From the human T2T-CHM13v2.0 reference genome, Homo sapiens, in assembly GCF_009914755.1 (NCBI RefSeq), contig NC_060947.1: a DNA stretch of 64,000 bases; one strand, written 5' to 3'. Shown here one piece after another: positions 29,110-55,192 of this stretch. Below the pieces are notes generated by a model. It was given only the letters and a program-made list of their open reading frames with translations, had not been told where the DNA came from and did no database searches. The position numbers were made by a program, and so were the translations under genes. Positions within the stretch are counted from its first letter, which is position 1. Each line of letters starts with the position of its first letter.

Positions 29110-31850
29110 CACAGACCCTACTGACAACCCTCAGCGTAACCCTACGGTCCCCTACTCACCACACCTAGTGTAACTCTACAGTCCCCTACTCATGACCCCT
29201 ACAGTCCCCTACCGACGACCTCCAGCGTAACCCTACGGTCCCCTTCTCACCACACCTAGTGTAACTCTACAGTCCCCTACTCATGACCCCTACAGTCCCC
29301 TACTGACGACCTCCAGCGTAACCCTACAGTCCCCTACTCACCACACCTAGTGTAAGGAGGAGGAGACCCTGCCCCACCTCCACAGAGACCCAGTATAGAC
29401 AGGAGGAGCTCTTGTCCCACAACCACCTGGACCCCGTGTAGACAGGAAGAGACCCTGCCCCACGTCCACCTAGTTTAATCCTACAGTCCCCTACTCACCA
29501 CACCTAATGTAACTCTACAGTCCCCTACTCATGACCCCTACAGTCCCCTACCGACGACCTCCAGCGTAACCCTACAGTCCCCTACTCACCACATCTAGTG
29601 TAACTCTACAGTCCCCTACTCACGACCCCCGGAGTAATCCTACAGTCTCCTACTCACGACGCCTACAGTTCCCTATTCATGACCCCTAGCGTAACCATAC
29701 AGTCCCCTACCCATGAGCCCTGGCATAACCCTACAATCCCCTACTCACCACACCTAGCATAAACCTACAGTCCCCTACCCATGACCCCTGGAGTAACCCT
29801 ACAGTCCCCTAGTCACTACACCTAGTGTAACTAACCATACAGTTCCCTATCCATGACCTCTGGCGGAACCCTACACTCCCCTACTCACAACCCCTAGTGT
29901 AACCCTACAGTCTCCTACCCATGACCCCTGGCGGAACTGTACAGTCCCCTACTCACGACCCCTACACTCTCCTACCCATGACCCCTGGCGGAACCCTACA
30001 GTCCCCTACTCACGACCCGTACAGTCTCCTACCCATGACCCCTGGCAGAACCCTACAGTCCCCTACTCACGACCCCTACACTCTCCTACCCATGACCCCT
30101 GGCGGAACCCTACAGTCCCCTACTCACGACCCGTACAGTCTCCTACCCATGACCCCTGGCGGAACCCTACAGTCCCCTACTCACGACCCCTACACTCTCC
30201 TACCCAAGACCCCTGGCGGAACCCTACAGTCCCCTACTCACGACCCGTACAGTCTCCTACCCATGACCCCTGGCGGAACCCTACAGTCCCCTACTCACGA
30301 CCCCTACACTCTCCTACCCATGACCCCTGGCGGAACCGTACAGTCCCCTACTCACGACCCCTACAGTCTCCTACCCATGACCCCTGGCGGAACCGTACAG
30401 TCCCCTACTCACGACCCCTACACTCTCCTACCCAAGACCCCTGGCGGAACCCTACAGTCCCCTACTCACGACCCCTACACTTTCCTACCCATGACCCCTG
30501 GCGGAACCCTACAGTCCCCTACTCACGACCCCTACACTCTCCTACCCATGACCCGTGGCGGAACTGTACAGTCCCCTACTCACGACCCCTACAGTCTCCT
30601 ACCCATGACCCCTGGAGGAACCCTACAGTCCCCTACTCACGACCCCTACACTCTCCTACCCATGACCCCTGGCGGAACCCTACAGTCCCCTACTCACGAC
30701 CCCTACACTCTCCTACCCATGACCCCTGGCGGAACCCTACAGTCCCCTACTCACGACCCCTACAGTCTCCTACCCATGACCCCTGGCAGAACCCTACAGT
30801 CCCCTACTCACGACCCCTACAGTCTCCTACTCATGACCCCTGGAGTAACCCTACAGTCCCCTATTCAGGAGCCGTAGTGTGACCCTACAATCCCCTACTC
30901 ACAACCCCCGGTGGAACCCTACAGTCCCCTACCCATGACCCCTGGTGGAACCCTACAGTCCCCTACTCACGACCCCTACAGTCTCCTACTCATGACCCCT
31001 GGAGTAACCCTACAGTCCCCTACTCACGACCCCTACACTCTCCTACCCATGACCCCTGGCGGAACCCTACAGTCCCCTACTCACGACCCCTACACTCTCC
31101 TACCCATGACCCCTGGCGGAACCCTACAGTCCCCTACTCACGACCCCTACAGTCTCCTACCCATGACCCCTGGTGGAACCCTACAGTCCCCTACTCACGA
31201 CCCCTACAGTCTCCTACTCATGACCCCTGGAGTAACCCTACAGTCCCCTATTCAGGAGCCGTAGTGTGACCCTACAATCCCCTACTCACAACACCCGGTG
31301 GAACCCTACAGTCTCCTACCCATGACCCCTGGTGGAACCCTACAGTCCCCTACTCACGACCCCTACACTCTCCTACCCATGACCCCTGGCGGAACCCTAC
31401 AGTCCCCTACTCACGACCCCTACACTCTCCTACCCATGACCCCTGGCGGAACCCTACAGTCCCCTACTCACGACCCCTACAGTCTCCTACCCATGACCCC
31501 TGGCGGAACCCTACAGTCCCCTACTCACGACCCCTACACTCTCCTACCCATGACCCCTGGCAGAACCGTACAGTCCCCTACTCACAACCCCTACAGTCTC
31601 CTACCCATGACCCCTGGCAGAACCCTACAGTCCCCTACTCACGACCCCTACAGTCTCCTACTGATGACCCCTGGAGTAACCCTACAGTCCCCTATTCAGG
31701 AGCCGTAGTGTGACCCTACAGTCCCCTACTCACAACCCCCGGTGGAACCCTACAGTCCCCTACCCATGACCTCTGGTGGAACCCTACAGTCCCCTACTCA
31801 CAACCCCTAGTGTAACCCCACGTGTAACCCTATAGTCCCCTACCCACGAC
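29110..31850. repeat. 57-bp C-rich VNTR (CATGACCCCTGGCGGAACCCTACAGTCCCCTACTCACGACCCCTACACTCTCCTACC) with higher-order structure
   Basis: 57-nt period; variant block ending GGAGCCGTAG at 30877, 31264 and 31708. Confidence 0.95.
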
Positions 31851-32642
31851 CTATGTCTGCCTAGACCCAGTGTGATCAGGAGGAGACCCCGCCTCACCTC
31901 CCCCTAGACCCAGTGTAGACAAGAAGGAGAGCCTGCCCCACGTCTACCTGGATCCAGTGTAGACAGGAGAATACTCTGCCCGACATACAGTTGAACCACT
32001 CACAACCCTAGCGTCACCCTACAGTCTCCACGAACCCTACAGTCTTGGTTTATGGGACTCTTAGTGCCAGTGTGGCCCAGGGGTGGACACGGTGGATCCT
32101 GAACCGGAGGATGCAGATCTCACACGGGTGAGGGCCCCCTCATAGTTCTCACTGGGCAGGGTCTGCTCTTGGCCTCAACCTTCGTGTCCCAATGGTTGGA
32201 ATATTTATGCTCAGCCTGTTCTACTGATTTTCCCATTTTATTCCTCTTTCCTCTACGTGGGTTAAGAATATATTCTAGTGACTGTCTAAGGAGATTATGT
32301 CTCCCTCTAAAATGCTTTTAGAGTGAGTACTGTTGCCGGGTATTTACCAAGTCTCGCGGCCACTCTGACCCTCGGTATCCTCCTCTGTCCGATGAGTATG
32401 CTAGACTTGGGGATCTTAATATCCCTTGCTAAACTATCCGTCTGAAGGTCTGTTAATATCAGTTGTTGATCCTGAATCATTTATTTATGTATGTATTTAT
32501 TTTTGAGACGGAGTCTCGCTCTGTCCCCCAGGCTGGAGTGCAGTGGTGCGATCTCGGCTCACTGCAAGCTCCACCTCCCAGCGATTGTCCTGCCTCAGCC
32601 TCCCTACAGAGATTCTACAGTCTCAGCCTGTAGCTGGGACTA

Positions 32643-33918
<1,276 letters not shown>

Positions 33919-34054
33919 TAATAACCAGAGAAGGGCCAGGTGCAGCGGTTCACGCCTGTAATCCCAGCAATTTGGGAGGCTGAGGCCGGCGGATCACCGG
34001 AGGTCAGGAGTTTGAGACCAGCCTGGCCAACATGGTGAAACCCCGTCTCTACTA

Positions 34055-34243
<189 letters not shown>

Positions 34244-34547
34244 CTAACCAGGATTGGTGGCACATTCCTGTAATCCCAGCTACTCAGGAGGCTGAGGGCA
34301 GGAGAATGACTTGAACCCGGGAGGTGGAGGTTGCAGTGAGCTGGGGTCACGCCATTGCACTCCAGCCTGGGTGACAGAGTGAGACTCTGTCTCAAAAAAA
34401 AAAAAAAAAAAAAAAAGAAAAAGTAGAAGGAGGTGGTCTCATACTCATACGGGGTCATGCAACATTGCTTTGCTGGTGTTTTTTTCAGGGTGGATGAGCT
34501 AGAATCCCTTAATAGCCAGAGAAGGACCCCACTGATAGCCCTCCTAA

Positions 34548-34895
<348 letters not shown>

Positions 34896-34906
34896 TGACC
34901 TCGTGA

Positions 34907-35155
<249 letters not shown>

Positions 35156-35389
35156 TAGTAGAGACGGGGTTTCACCATGTTGGTCAGGCTGTTCTTGAAC
35201 TCCTGACCTCAGGTGATCTGCCCACCTCGCCCTCCCAAAGTGCTGCAATGACAGGCATGAGCCACCCTGCCCGTCCGGGGAAGCTCTCTTCAAAGCCAGG
35301 TCTCGGCTGCCCAGGAGACAGGTCTATGCTTTTCTCTGAAGATGATTTTGAGGGCTCCAAATTGAAAAGGGGAACGGGCAGGATATTGA

Positions 35390-36504
<1,115 letters not shown>

Positions 36505-36676
36505 TAGTGAGGCTTGTCTCGAACTCCTGACCTCAGATGATGCGCCCGCCTCGGCCTCCCAAAGTGCTGGGATGACAGGTGTGAGCCACCGTGCCTGGCC
36601 CAATTTTTGTATTTTTGGTAGAGACGGGGTTTCACCATGTTGGTCAGGCTGGTCTCGAACTCCCAACCTCAGGTGA

Positions 36677-37504
<828 letters not shown>

Positions 37505-37624
37505 TTAAAAACTGACCCCGGCCGGGCACGGTGGCTCATGCCTGTAATCGCAGCACTTTGGGAGGCCGAGGCAGGCGGATCACCTGAGGTCAGGAGTTCA
37601 AGTCCAGCCTGGCCAACACGGTCA

Positions 37625-37886
<262 letters not shown>

Positions 37887-38086
37887 TCAGCCCCTCGGGC
37901 ACAGGGATGGGAATGGAACAGGCAGTCAGCTGTGGGCAGCTTCAGGGAGTCTGAAGTCACTGCTGTTGAAGGGCTGAGCTCCAGAGGGGAAACGCCTGCC
38001 TTGATCCCACTAGCCTTGAAGAGCGTGGTTTCTGGGTTGGAGGTGGGTTTTTTTTTGTTTGTTTGTTTGTTTGTTTTTTGTTTTGA

Positions 38087-38287
<201 letters not shown>

Positions 38288-38397
38288 TAACTCTTGACCT
38301 CAGGTGATCCACCCGCCTTGGCCTCCCAAAGTGCTGGGATTACAGGTGTGAGCCACCATGCCTGGCCTAGTTCCTTAAGATGTTTGTCATTTGGTGA

Positions 38398-38520
<123 letters not shown>

Positions 38521-38807
38521 TGAATACCTGGGATTACAGGCAAGCACCACGATACTCAGCTAATTTTTGTATTTTTAGTAGAGACGGGGTTTCACCACGT
38601 TGGCCAGGCTGGTCTCGAACCTCAAGTGATCCACCCGCCTCGGCCTCCCAAAGTGCTGGGATTACAGGTGTGAGCCACTGCACCCGGCCTAGTTCCTTAA
38701 GATTTTCGTCACTTGGTGATTCTTAGTGAAGTTTTGCATAGTTGAGCGCAGACACCCCGCACGCAGCATCCCTCGGCACAGGGCGTTGATGGAAGGAACT
38801 CTGGTGA

Positions 38808-39155
<348 letters not shown>

Positions 39156-39322
39156 TGAGGCAGGGTGGTGGTCAAGAAAAGGAGGAGAAGACGGTAGAGA
39201 GGGCCAGGCACGGTGGCTCATGCCTGTCATCCCAGCACTTTGGGAGGTTGAGGCATGTGGATCATCTGAGGTCAGAGGTTCGAGACCAGCCTGGCCAACG
39301 TGGTGAAACCCCATCTCTGCTA

Positions 39323-40072
<750 letters not shown>

Positions 40073-40529
40073 TCATCCCCAGCAGGGAGAGGAGAGAGAC
40101 AGAGAGGAACAGAGGCACAGAGAGGGGAGAGAGACAAAGACAGAGAGACACAGAGAAAGACACAGAAAAAGAGAGAGAGAGGGAGAAGGAGACATAGAGA
40201 CAGGGACAAAGAGAAAAAGACGGACAGAGAGAGAAACAGAGAGACATAGGTGGACACAGAGAGGGGAGAGAGAGAGAGAGACAGAAAGAGACAGAGAGCA
40301 AGGGATGGGAGTGGAAGAGAGAGACAGATGGAGGAAAAAGACAGAGAGGGAGGCAGAGAAAAGACACACAGAGACACCGAGAGAGACAGGGAAGACAGAG
40401 GAGTCGGACTTAGTCTCAGCGAGAGCCCAGAGAGGGTGAACAAGGGCGAGGAACCATGTGACCTGCACCCTGAGACCCCATTGGCGCTCCTCTCCCACCC
40501 ACCTCTCTCCGGCTCAGGGACTGCGTCTT

Positions 40530-41965
40530 ATGTTGCAGTAGGCTGGCAGGCTGGAAAGTCAGGCCAGGGCTGATGCTGCATCCCAGAGGCAGAACTGTCC
40601 TGCATTCTCAGAGTGGGAGATGAAATTTTTAAAAAGGAAATAAAACTCTTGTCGGGGAACCTCAGCTTTTATCCTTTAGACGTTTGACTGATTAGACCAG
40701 GCCCACTCTTCTCCTTTACACCTTCGGCTGATTGAATGAGGCCCACCCTTCCCCCTTTACACCTTCGACTGATTAGATGAGGCCCACCATTCCCCTTTAG
40801 ACCTTCGACTGATCAGATGAAGCCCACCCTTCCCCTTTAGACCTTCAGCTTATTAGATAAGGCCCACCCTTACCCTTTAGACTTTCAACTGATTAAATGA
40901 GGCCCACTCTCCCCGTTTAGACCTTTGACTGATTAGATGAAGCCCACGCTTCTCCTTTGGACCTTCAACTGATTAGATGAGGCCCACCCTTCCCCCTTCA
41001 GCCTTTCGACTGATTAGATGAGGCCCACCCTCCCCTTTATACCTTCGACTGATTAGATGAGGCCCACCCTCCCCTTTATACCTTCGACTGATTAGATGAG
41101 GCCCACCCTCCCCTTTATACCTTCGACTGATTAGATGAGGCCCACCCTCCCCTTTATACCTTCGACTGATTAGATGAAGCCCACCATTCTCCTTTATACC
41201 TTCGACTGATTAGATGAAGCCCACGCTTCTCCTTTGGACCTTCAACTGATTAGATGAGGCCCACCTTTCCCCCTTCAGCCTTTCGACTGATTAGATGAGG
41301 CCCACCCTCCCCTTTATACCTTCGACTGATTAGATGAGGCCCACCCTCCCCTTTATACCTTCGACTGATTAGATGAGGCCCACCCTCCCCTTTATACCTT
41401 CGACTGATTAGATGAGGCCCACCCTCCCCTTTATACCTTCGACTGATTAGATGAGGCCCGTCCTTCCCCCATTTAGATCTTCAACTGATTAGATGAGGCC
41501 CACCTTTCCCCCTTTGGACCTTCGACTGATTAGATGAAGCCCACCTTTCCCTTTTTAGACCTTTGACTGATTAGATGAGGCCTACCCTTCTCCCTTTAGA
41601 CCTTTGACTGATTAGATGAGACCCACCCTTCCCATTTAGACCTTCAACTCATTAGATGAAGCCCACCCTTCCCCCCTTCCCCTTTAGACCTTCAGCTTAT
41701 TAATTAGACAAGGCCCACCCCCTTTAGACCTTCAACTGATTAGATGAGGCCCACCCCTCTTCAGACCTTCAACTGATTAGATGAGGCCCACCCCCTTTAG
41801 ACCTTTGACTGATTAGATAAGGCCCACCCACATTCTCCAGTCCAATCTCTTTTCCTGGAAATCAGCTGATTGTGGACTTGACATCTACAAAGCCCCTTCG
41901 TAGCAGCCGCTGAGTCATGGTTTCATTCAATAACTGGGGACTGTAGCCTAGTCACGGGGACACGT
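40530..41965. mobile_element. MLT2-type (ERVL) LTR with an internally amplified ~36-38-bp minisatellite at 40670-41830 (ACCTTCGACTGATTAGATGAGGCCCACCCTCCCCTTTAT)
   Basis: Unit matches recalled MLT2 segment ttcaactgattggatgaggcccacccacatt; LTR-like flanks on both sides. Confidence 0.7.
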
Positions 41966-42889
41966 CATTGGTGCCGGGTATCAGAGACGAAGGCCAAGAG
42001 ATGAAAGAGAAACAGAGACTGAACCCAAAAGAGGCAGACACACAGGAAGATGGAGATAGAGACCCAGAGATGGGGGTGGAAGAAGGTGAGAGGGGGAGGA
42101 AAGAGAGACAGAGAGGGAGACAGAGAAAAGAGGCAGAGAGACCGAGAGAGAGGCTGAACAGCAAGACCCCAGAGAGGGTGACTAAGGGTGAGAGACTTGC
42201 GTGACCCACATCCCAAGACCCCGTGGGTGGCCCTCTCCCACCCACCTCTCTCCAGCTCAGGGGCTGTGTCTTCCTCCCATGGGGAACTCCAGTTGCAGCC
42301 CAGGGTTGCCCCCAGCGCCCTCTTCTCTGCCACATAGGTAACATCCTCCTGGTTGCCACTTGCACACCCCCATCCTAGACCTGGCCATCTGTCATTCCAT
42401 TACCTTCCACCCCCACGCCAGCCTCCTCCCCGGCCCCCGCTTTCCACTGACCCCCAGGGGTCCCCCACATCGAGGTGCCAGGATGACGGCTTCAGGCTTC
42501 AACCTTCCCTTCTCTGAGCTCCATCAGCTCCAGGGGCTTAGCACCTGCTGTACCCTGCCCAGGTTTCATGCTCACAAGCTCTTCCAAAGACCACCCTGTT
42601 CATCGTCAACTATGAGGTCCCATGGGTGGATCTGTCTCAGATCTTTACCCCAGGAAAAACCCATGGCCAGGTGCAGTGGCTCATGCCTGTCATCCCAGCA
42701 CTTTGGGAGGCCGAGGCGAGTGGATCACCTCGAGGTCAGGAGTTTGAGACCAGCCTGGCCAACATGGTAAAACCCCATCTCCACTGAAAGTACAAAATTT
42801 AGCTGGTGGCGGCTAAAGGGGGAAAGGTGGGCCTCATCTAATCAGTCGAAGGTCTAAAGGGGGAAGAGTGGGCCTCATCTGATCAGTCA

Positions 42890-43285
<396 letters not shown>

Positions 43286-43404
43286 TCATTTTCTATGTTT
43301 TTATTTAAAAACATGACATTTGGGGCCAGGCGCGGTGGCTCACGCCTGTAATCCCAGCACTTTGGGAGGCCAAGGCAGGCGGATCACCTGAGGTCAGGAG
43401 TTCA

Positions 43405-43852
<448 letters not shown>

Positions 43853-44198
43853 CTATGATTGCACCGTTGCACTCCAGCCTGGGTAACAAACTAAGACCCC
43901 ATCTCTCTGTCTCAAAAAAAGTGATACTTCGCAAAGATGCTTAGACTCCAAGAAGCTTTTGCATCTCTTTCCAACCCAACCACTGAGGTACTGTGTAGCC
44001 TCCTCCTTGAATAACTAACCTGGTGAGCTGAGATTGCGCCATTGCAATCCAGCCTGGGCAACAAGAGCAAAACTCCATCACATTTAAAAAAAAAAAAAAT
44101 TGATGGCCGGGCGCGGTGGCTCACACCTGTAATCCCAGCAGTTTGGGAGGCCGAGGCGGGAGGATCACGAGGTCAGGAGATCGAGGGCATCCTGGCTA

Positions 44199-45524
<1,326 letters not shown>

Positions 45525-45662
45525 CGAGACGGAAATTCATTTCCCTCCATTTCCCACATCTAGAAAAGGCTGACTTTCTTCATTGGTGGTTGCTGTCACT
45601 CAGGCCTGCTGTTGACTCCTCATATCTCACTGGACTGTGACTCTCCTGCCTCCCTCTCATAA

Positions 45663-45872
<210 letters not shown>

Positions 45873-46100
45873 TGACCTGACCACAGGTGATCCACCTGCC
45901 TCAACCTCTCAAAGTGCTGGGATTACAGGTGTGAACCACCGCACCTGTTCCTTATAAGGACAATTGTAATTACATGTCAGGCCCACGGGGACACTCCAGA
46001 ATCATCTCTCCATGGCAATATCCCTGGAATAAAAGTCCTCCTTCCATAGAGAGCATTCTGTAATGTGTCCACAGCATGCTTATCCAGGTAAGAACATGCT

Positions 46101-46318
46101 GGGGGCCATTATTCTGTCTCCCACGTGGAATTAGGACGTGGACATCTTTGGGACCATTATTCTGTCTCCCACATGGAATTAGGACGTGGACATATTTGGG
46201 GACATTATTCTGTCTATCACATGGGTTTAGGACGTGGACATCTTTGGGGCCATTATTCTGTCTCCCACATGGGATTAGGACATGGCCATATTTACGGGAC
46301 ATTATTTTGCCTCCCACG
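46101..46318 (-). repeat. 48-bp minisatellite (~4.5 copies) made from the 5' end of an MLT1D-like LTR
   Basis: cattatt at 46107, 46155, 46203, 46251, 46300; minus strand reads TGTGGGAGACAGAATAATGGCCCCAAAGATGTCCACGTCCTAA. Confidence 0.85.
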
Positions 46319-47039
46319 ATCAGTGAGTAATTCAATCGCCACAGATACCGAAACATCAACTGAGATGGTGGCTGACAGGTGGTCTAGGGCCTACAGGGGA
46401 CTTCAGGACTTGGAGCCGAGAGAGAGCCGAGCTTGGGATGGATCTGACGGTGAGGTGCCAGCTGTTTCCTCCCTCGTGGGTGTTCCACGTCCCTCCTGCA
46501 AACCCCAGCCGGCCCCTTGCTTCAGAGTTTCAGGGGAGATTTGACGATGGAGCAGAGGCAGCCTTCCGGAACCTTCTACCCCTGACCTTTTGATTCACAA
46601 GTCAAAGCTTGGGGAAGAGATGGAGCCAGGCTCTTGGTGGGGAGAAGCGTCTAAAACACAGCAAGGAAGAAAAAGCGTGGAATCCTCTGGGCCTGCAAGA
46701 AGTGAGAGGAGGAGACTCCCACAGGGCGCCCCAGGAAGCAGGTCCACCTCCCCAAGGGAGCACCACATTCCTGGGTATGAACCTGTGGGTTTCAGAGACC
46801 TCAGGCCCTATTTACCTCAGAAGCAGAGGCCTCCGGTGTCAAAGAGACAGCAGAGGCCGGGCGTGGTAGCCATGCCTATAATCCCAGCGCTTTGCCAGGC
46901 CAAGGCAGGTGGATCACTTGAGGTCAGGAGTTCAAAACCAGCCTGGCCAACGTGGTGAAACTCGTCTCTACTACAAATACAAAAATAAAAATAAAAAAAG
47001 CTGGGTGTGGTGGCACACGCCTGTAATCCCAGCTACTCA

Positions 47040-47156
<117 letters not shown>

Positions 47157-47220
47157 TCATGCCTGGAATCCCAGCACTTTGCAAGGCCAAGGCAGGCAGA
47201 TCATTTGAGGTCAGAGTTCA

Positions 47221-47433
<213 letters not shown>

Positions 47434-47595
47434 TCATGCCTGTAATCCCAGCACTTTGGGAGGCCGAGGTGGGCAGATCACCTGAGGTCAGGAGTCCGAG
47501 ACCAGCCTGGCTAACATGGTGAAACTCCATCTCTGCTAAAGATACAAAATCTTAGCCGGGTGTGGTGGCACCTGTAATTGCAGTTGCTGTACTCA

Positions 47596-47727
<132 letters not shown>

Positions 47728-47911
47728 TTAAATTAAAATAAAATTAAATAAAAAATAAAAAACAGCCAGCAGAGATAGGGCCTAGGATGACTGAGGCCCC
47801 TGAAGGCTGTGGCGATCAGCCCCTCCCCTGTGTTCTTTGGCACCTACGGACCCTCTCCAAGGAATGGGTGGGCAGAGGCTGTCAATATTGGCTGAGAGGG
47901 AGCTTTTGCAG

Positions 47912-48628
47912 AACCGCACTGCACCTGCCTAACCGCACTGCACCTGCCCAACCGCACTGCGCCTGCCCAACCCCACTGCATCTGCCCAACCACTCTGTGC
48001 CTGCCCAACCACACTGCACCTGCCTAACCGTACTGCACCTGCCCAACCGCACTGCACTTGCCCAATTGCACTGCACCTGCCCAACCCCAATGCACCTGCC
48101 CAACCCCACTGTGCCTGCCCAACCGCACTGCACCTGCCCAATCCCACTGCACCTGCCCAATCCCACTGCACCTGCCCAACCCCACTGTGCCTGCCCAACC
48201 GCACTGCACCTGCCCAACCCCACTGCACCTGCCCAACCCCACTGCACCTGCCCAACCCCACTGCACCTGCCCAATCCCACTGCACCTGCCCAACCCCACT
48301 GCACCTGCCCAACCGCACTGCACCTGCCCAATCCCACTGCACCTGCCCAACCCCACTGCACCTGCCCAACCCCACTGCACCTGCCCAACCCCACTGCACC
48401 TGCCCAACCCCACTGTGCCTGCCCAACCGCACTGTGCCTGCCCAACCACACTGCACCTGCCCAACCGCACTGCACCTGCCCAATCCCACTGCACCTGCCC
48501 AACCCCACTTCACCTGCCCAACCGCACTGCACTTGCCCAACCCCTCTGTGCCTGCCCAACCCCACTGTGCCTGCCCAATCGCACTGCACCTGCCCAACCC
48601 CACTGCACCTGCCCAACCGCACTGCACC
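47912..48628. repeat. 19-bp VNTR (CCCCACTGCACCTGCCCAA), ~37 copies
   Basis: Direct reading. Confidence 0.95.
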
Positions 48629-48847
48629 AAAGGAAGAGCAATGCAGACATTCAATCCTTTGCATGCCTAAACTGGAGAAGACTGTTTATAAGATGCATGC
48701 AGGTGGGAGTCACACTGTGGGGGGGAGGGTCATCGGTCACCTGCGTGAGATCAGGGTTGTGCAGGTGGAGAAAAGAGAGGGAGGGGAGACAGATTCTATG
48801 ATGAGGCCAGGTGTGGTGAAAATGGGTCTCAAAAGAAATTTAAAAAA

Positions 48848-49908
<1,061 letters not shown>

Positions 49909-50475
49909 AGGTAGTTGGGATCTATCTGCTATTTCTCAGGCTCCCTCCTGGAAGTTGGAACTGATCTCACTTGTTCCAAGACCCTCACCTTAAATCACAT
50001 TGTTAGACGGTGAACCATCCAAAGCCCCCAGGCCAGCAAAGATACTACCAGGGGCCATTCCAGGACCTGAGGTATCACCACCCTCCAGCCAAGACCCAAG
50101 GCAAGACTTCCCTTTGGGTAAGGCTAGGTCTTCAGTGCACAGCGTCTAACAAGCGACAGGAGAAAGGTATGTCCTGGAGATGGGCTTGGCCCGGGAAGAG
50201 CCATGGAGACTCACGTTCAGCCCCTGCCCATCCACGCGGGAGGGAACACCGGCGTCATGGGGCTCCCCAACGCCTGGGTTCTCCTGAATGAGATCAACAG
50301 CACCACCACCTCCTACATCCGTGCCTGCGTCTCTCATCCTGTTGAGTCATGCCGTGGGGAGCAAGTTCCCTAATTCTGTCTTCCTGTGTGGACACAAAAC
50401 CAGCAGCCGACGCCCCAGACACAGAGGCGTTGAGGGCGTGGGGCCAACACGCTTGCCCCCCTAACGGTTTGCTGA

Positions 50476-50769
<294 letters not shown>

Positions 50770-50816
50770 TGATCTGCCTGCCTCGGCCTCCCAAAGTGCT
50801 GGGATGACAGGCGTGA

Positions 50817-51170
<354 letters not shown>

Positions 51171-51551
51171 TGAGACGGAGTCTTGCTCTTGTCACCCAGG
51201 CTGGAGTGCAATGGTATCATCTCAGGTCACCATTTCTGTAACGTGCAAATTTCTGTAACGTGCACGCACAGAAGCCTTCAGAATGAAGACCCACGCTCCC
51301 AGGGAGGTACAAGCTTTTGGAGTGGAAGAAGAGGAAGAAGAGAAATTCTAATGGGGCTTGGATCTTCTCTCCTGGAGTGGGAAAAGAGGAATTCTATTGA
51401 GGGAAAGTAAGAGATTGCTAGGAAGATCCTTTGCCCAGGCTGGAGTGCAGTGGCGACTCTTGGCTCACGGCAGCCTCAACATCCCAGGCTTAAACAATCC
51501 TCCCACCTCGGCCTCCTTAGTAGCTTGGATGACAGGCATGCACAACCATGA

Positions 51552-52220
<669 letters not shown>

Positions 52221-52315
52221 TGACCGGGCGCGGTGGCTCACGCCTGTAATCCCAACACTTTGGGAGGCCGAGGCAGGCAGATCACAAGGTCAGGAGATCG
52301 AGACCCTCCTGGCTA

Positions 52316-53168
<853 letters not shown>

Positions 53169-53241
53169 TAGCCCAAGTTTTTTGTAGAGATGGAATCTCA
53201 CTATGTTACCCAGACTGGTCTTGACTGCTAGGCTCCAGTGA

Positions 53242-53661
<420 letters not shown>

Positions 53662-54041
53662 TAGTACAGACGGGATTTCACCATGTTAGCCAGGATGGTC
53701 TCGATCTCCTGACCTCGTCATCCACCTGCCTCGGCCTCCCAAAGTGCTGGGATTACAGGCATGAGCCACTGCGCCCGGCCTGTTTGTATTTTTATTAGAG
53801 ATGGAGTTTCAGCATGTTGGTCAGGCTGGTCTCGAACTCCTGACCTCAGGTGATCCACCCGCCTCGGCCTCCCAAAATGCTGGAATGACAGGCGTGAGCC
53901 ATTGCACCCGGCTAATGCTGTCTTCTTTGTGGTCACAAAACTTCCCCAGAGAGAGAATTTACAACACTCATCATTTTTCAGAGGTTTTTGCTTTTAGTCA
54001 GAAAAGGGAAGCTCCAAGAAGTTTCTTTCTAGATCTGTTGA

Positions 54042-54585
<544 letters not shown>

Positions 54586-54867
54586 TAGCTAATTTTTGTA
54601 ATTTTTCTTAGCAGACATGGGGTTTCACCATGTCAGTCAGGCTGGTCTTGAACTCCTGACCACAGGTGACCCACCCTCCTCGGCCTCCCAAAGTGCTGAG
54701 ATTATAGGCTCAGCCCCAACTTGGCATATTTTGGATTGACCCATTCTAGTCCCTTTTAAGAAGTGCAGACAGAGGCCGGGCACGGTGGCTCACGCCTGTC
54801 ATCCCAACACTTTGGGAGGCCGAGGCGGGTGGATCACGAGGTCAGGAGATCGAGACCATCCTGGCTA

Positions 54868-55192
<325 letters not shown>

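Noticed and set aside
29921-31708. Mucin-like P/T repeat ORFs (318, 117, 136 aa)
   Set aside because: Intronic 57-bp VNTR; no splice or promoter evidence for coding use.
32600-32632. ~25-nt insertion in an Alu resembling the neighbouring VNTR (ctacagtctc)
   Set aside because: Too short to distinguish from local slippage.
40670-41830. CRISPR-like appearance of ~37-bp repeats (also 62540-63120)
   Set aside because: No unique spacers, no cas genes, human context; units derive from LTR or Alu.
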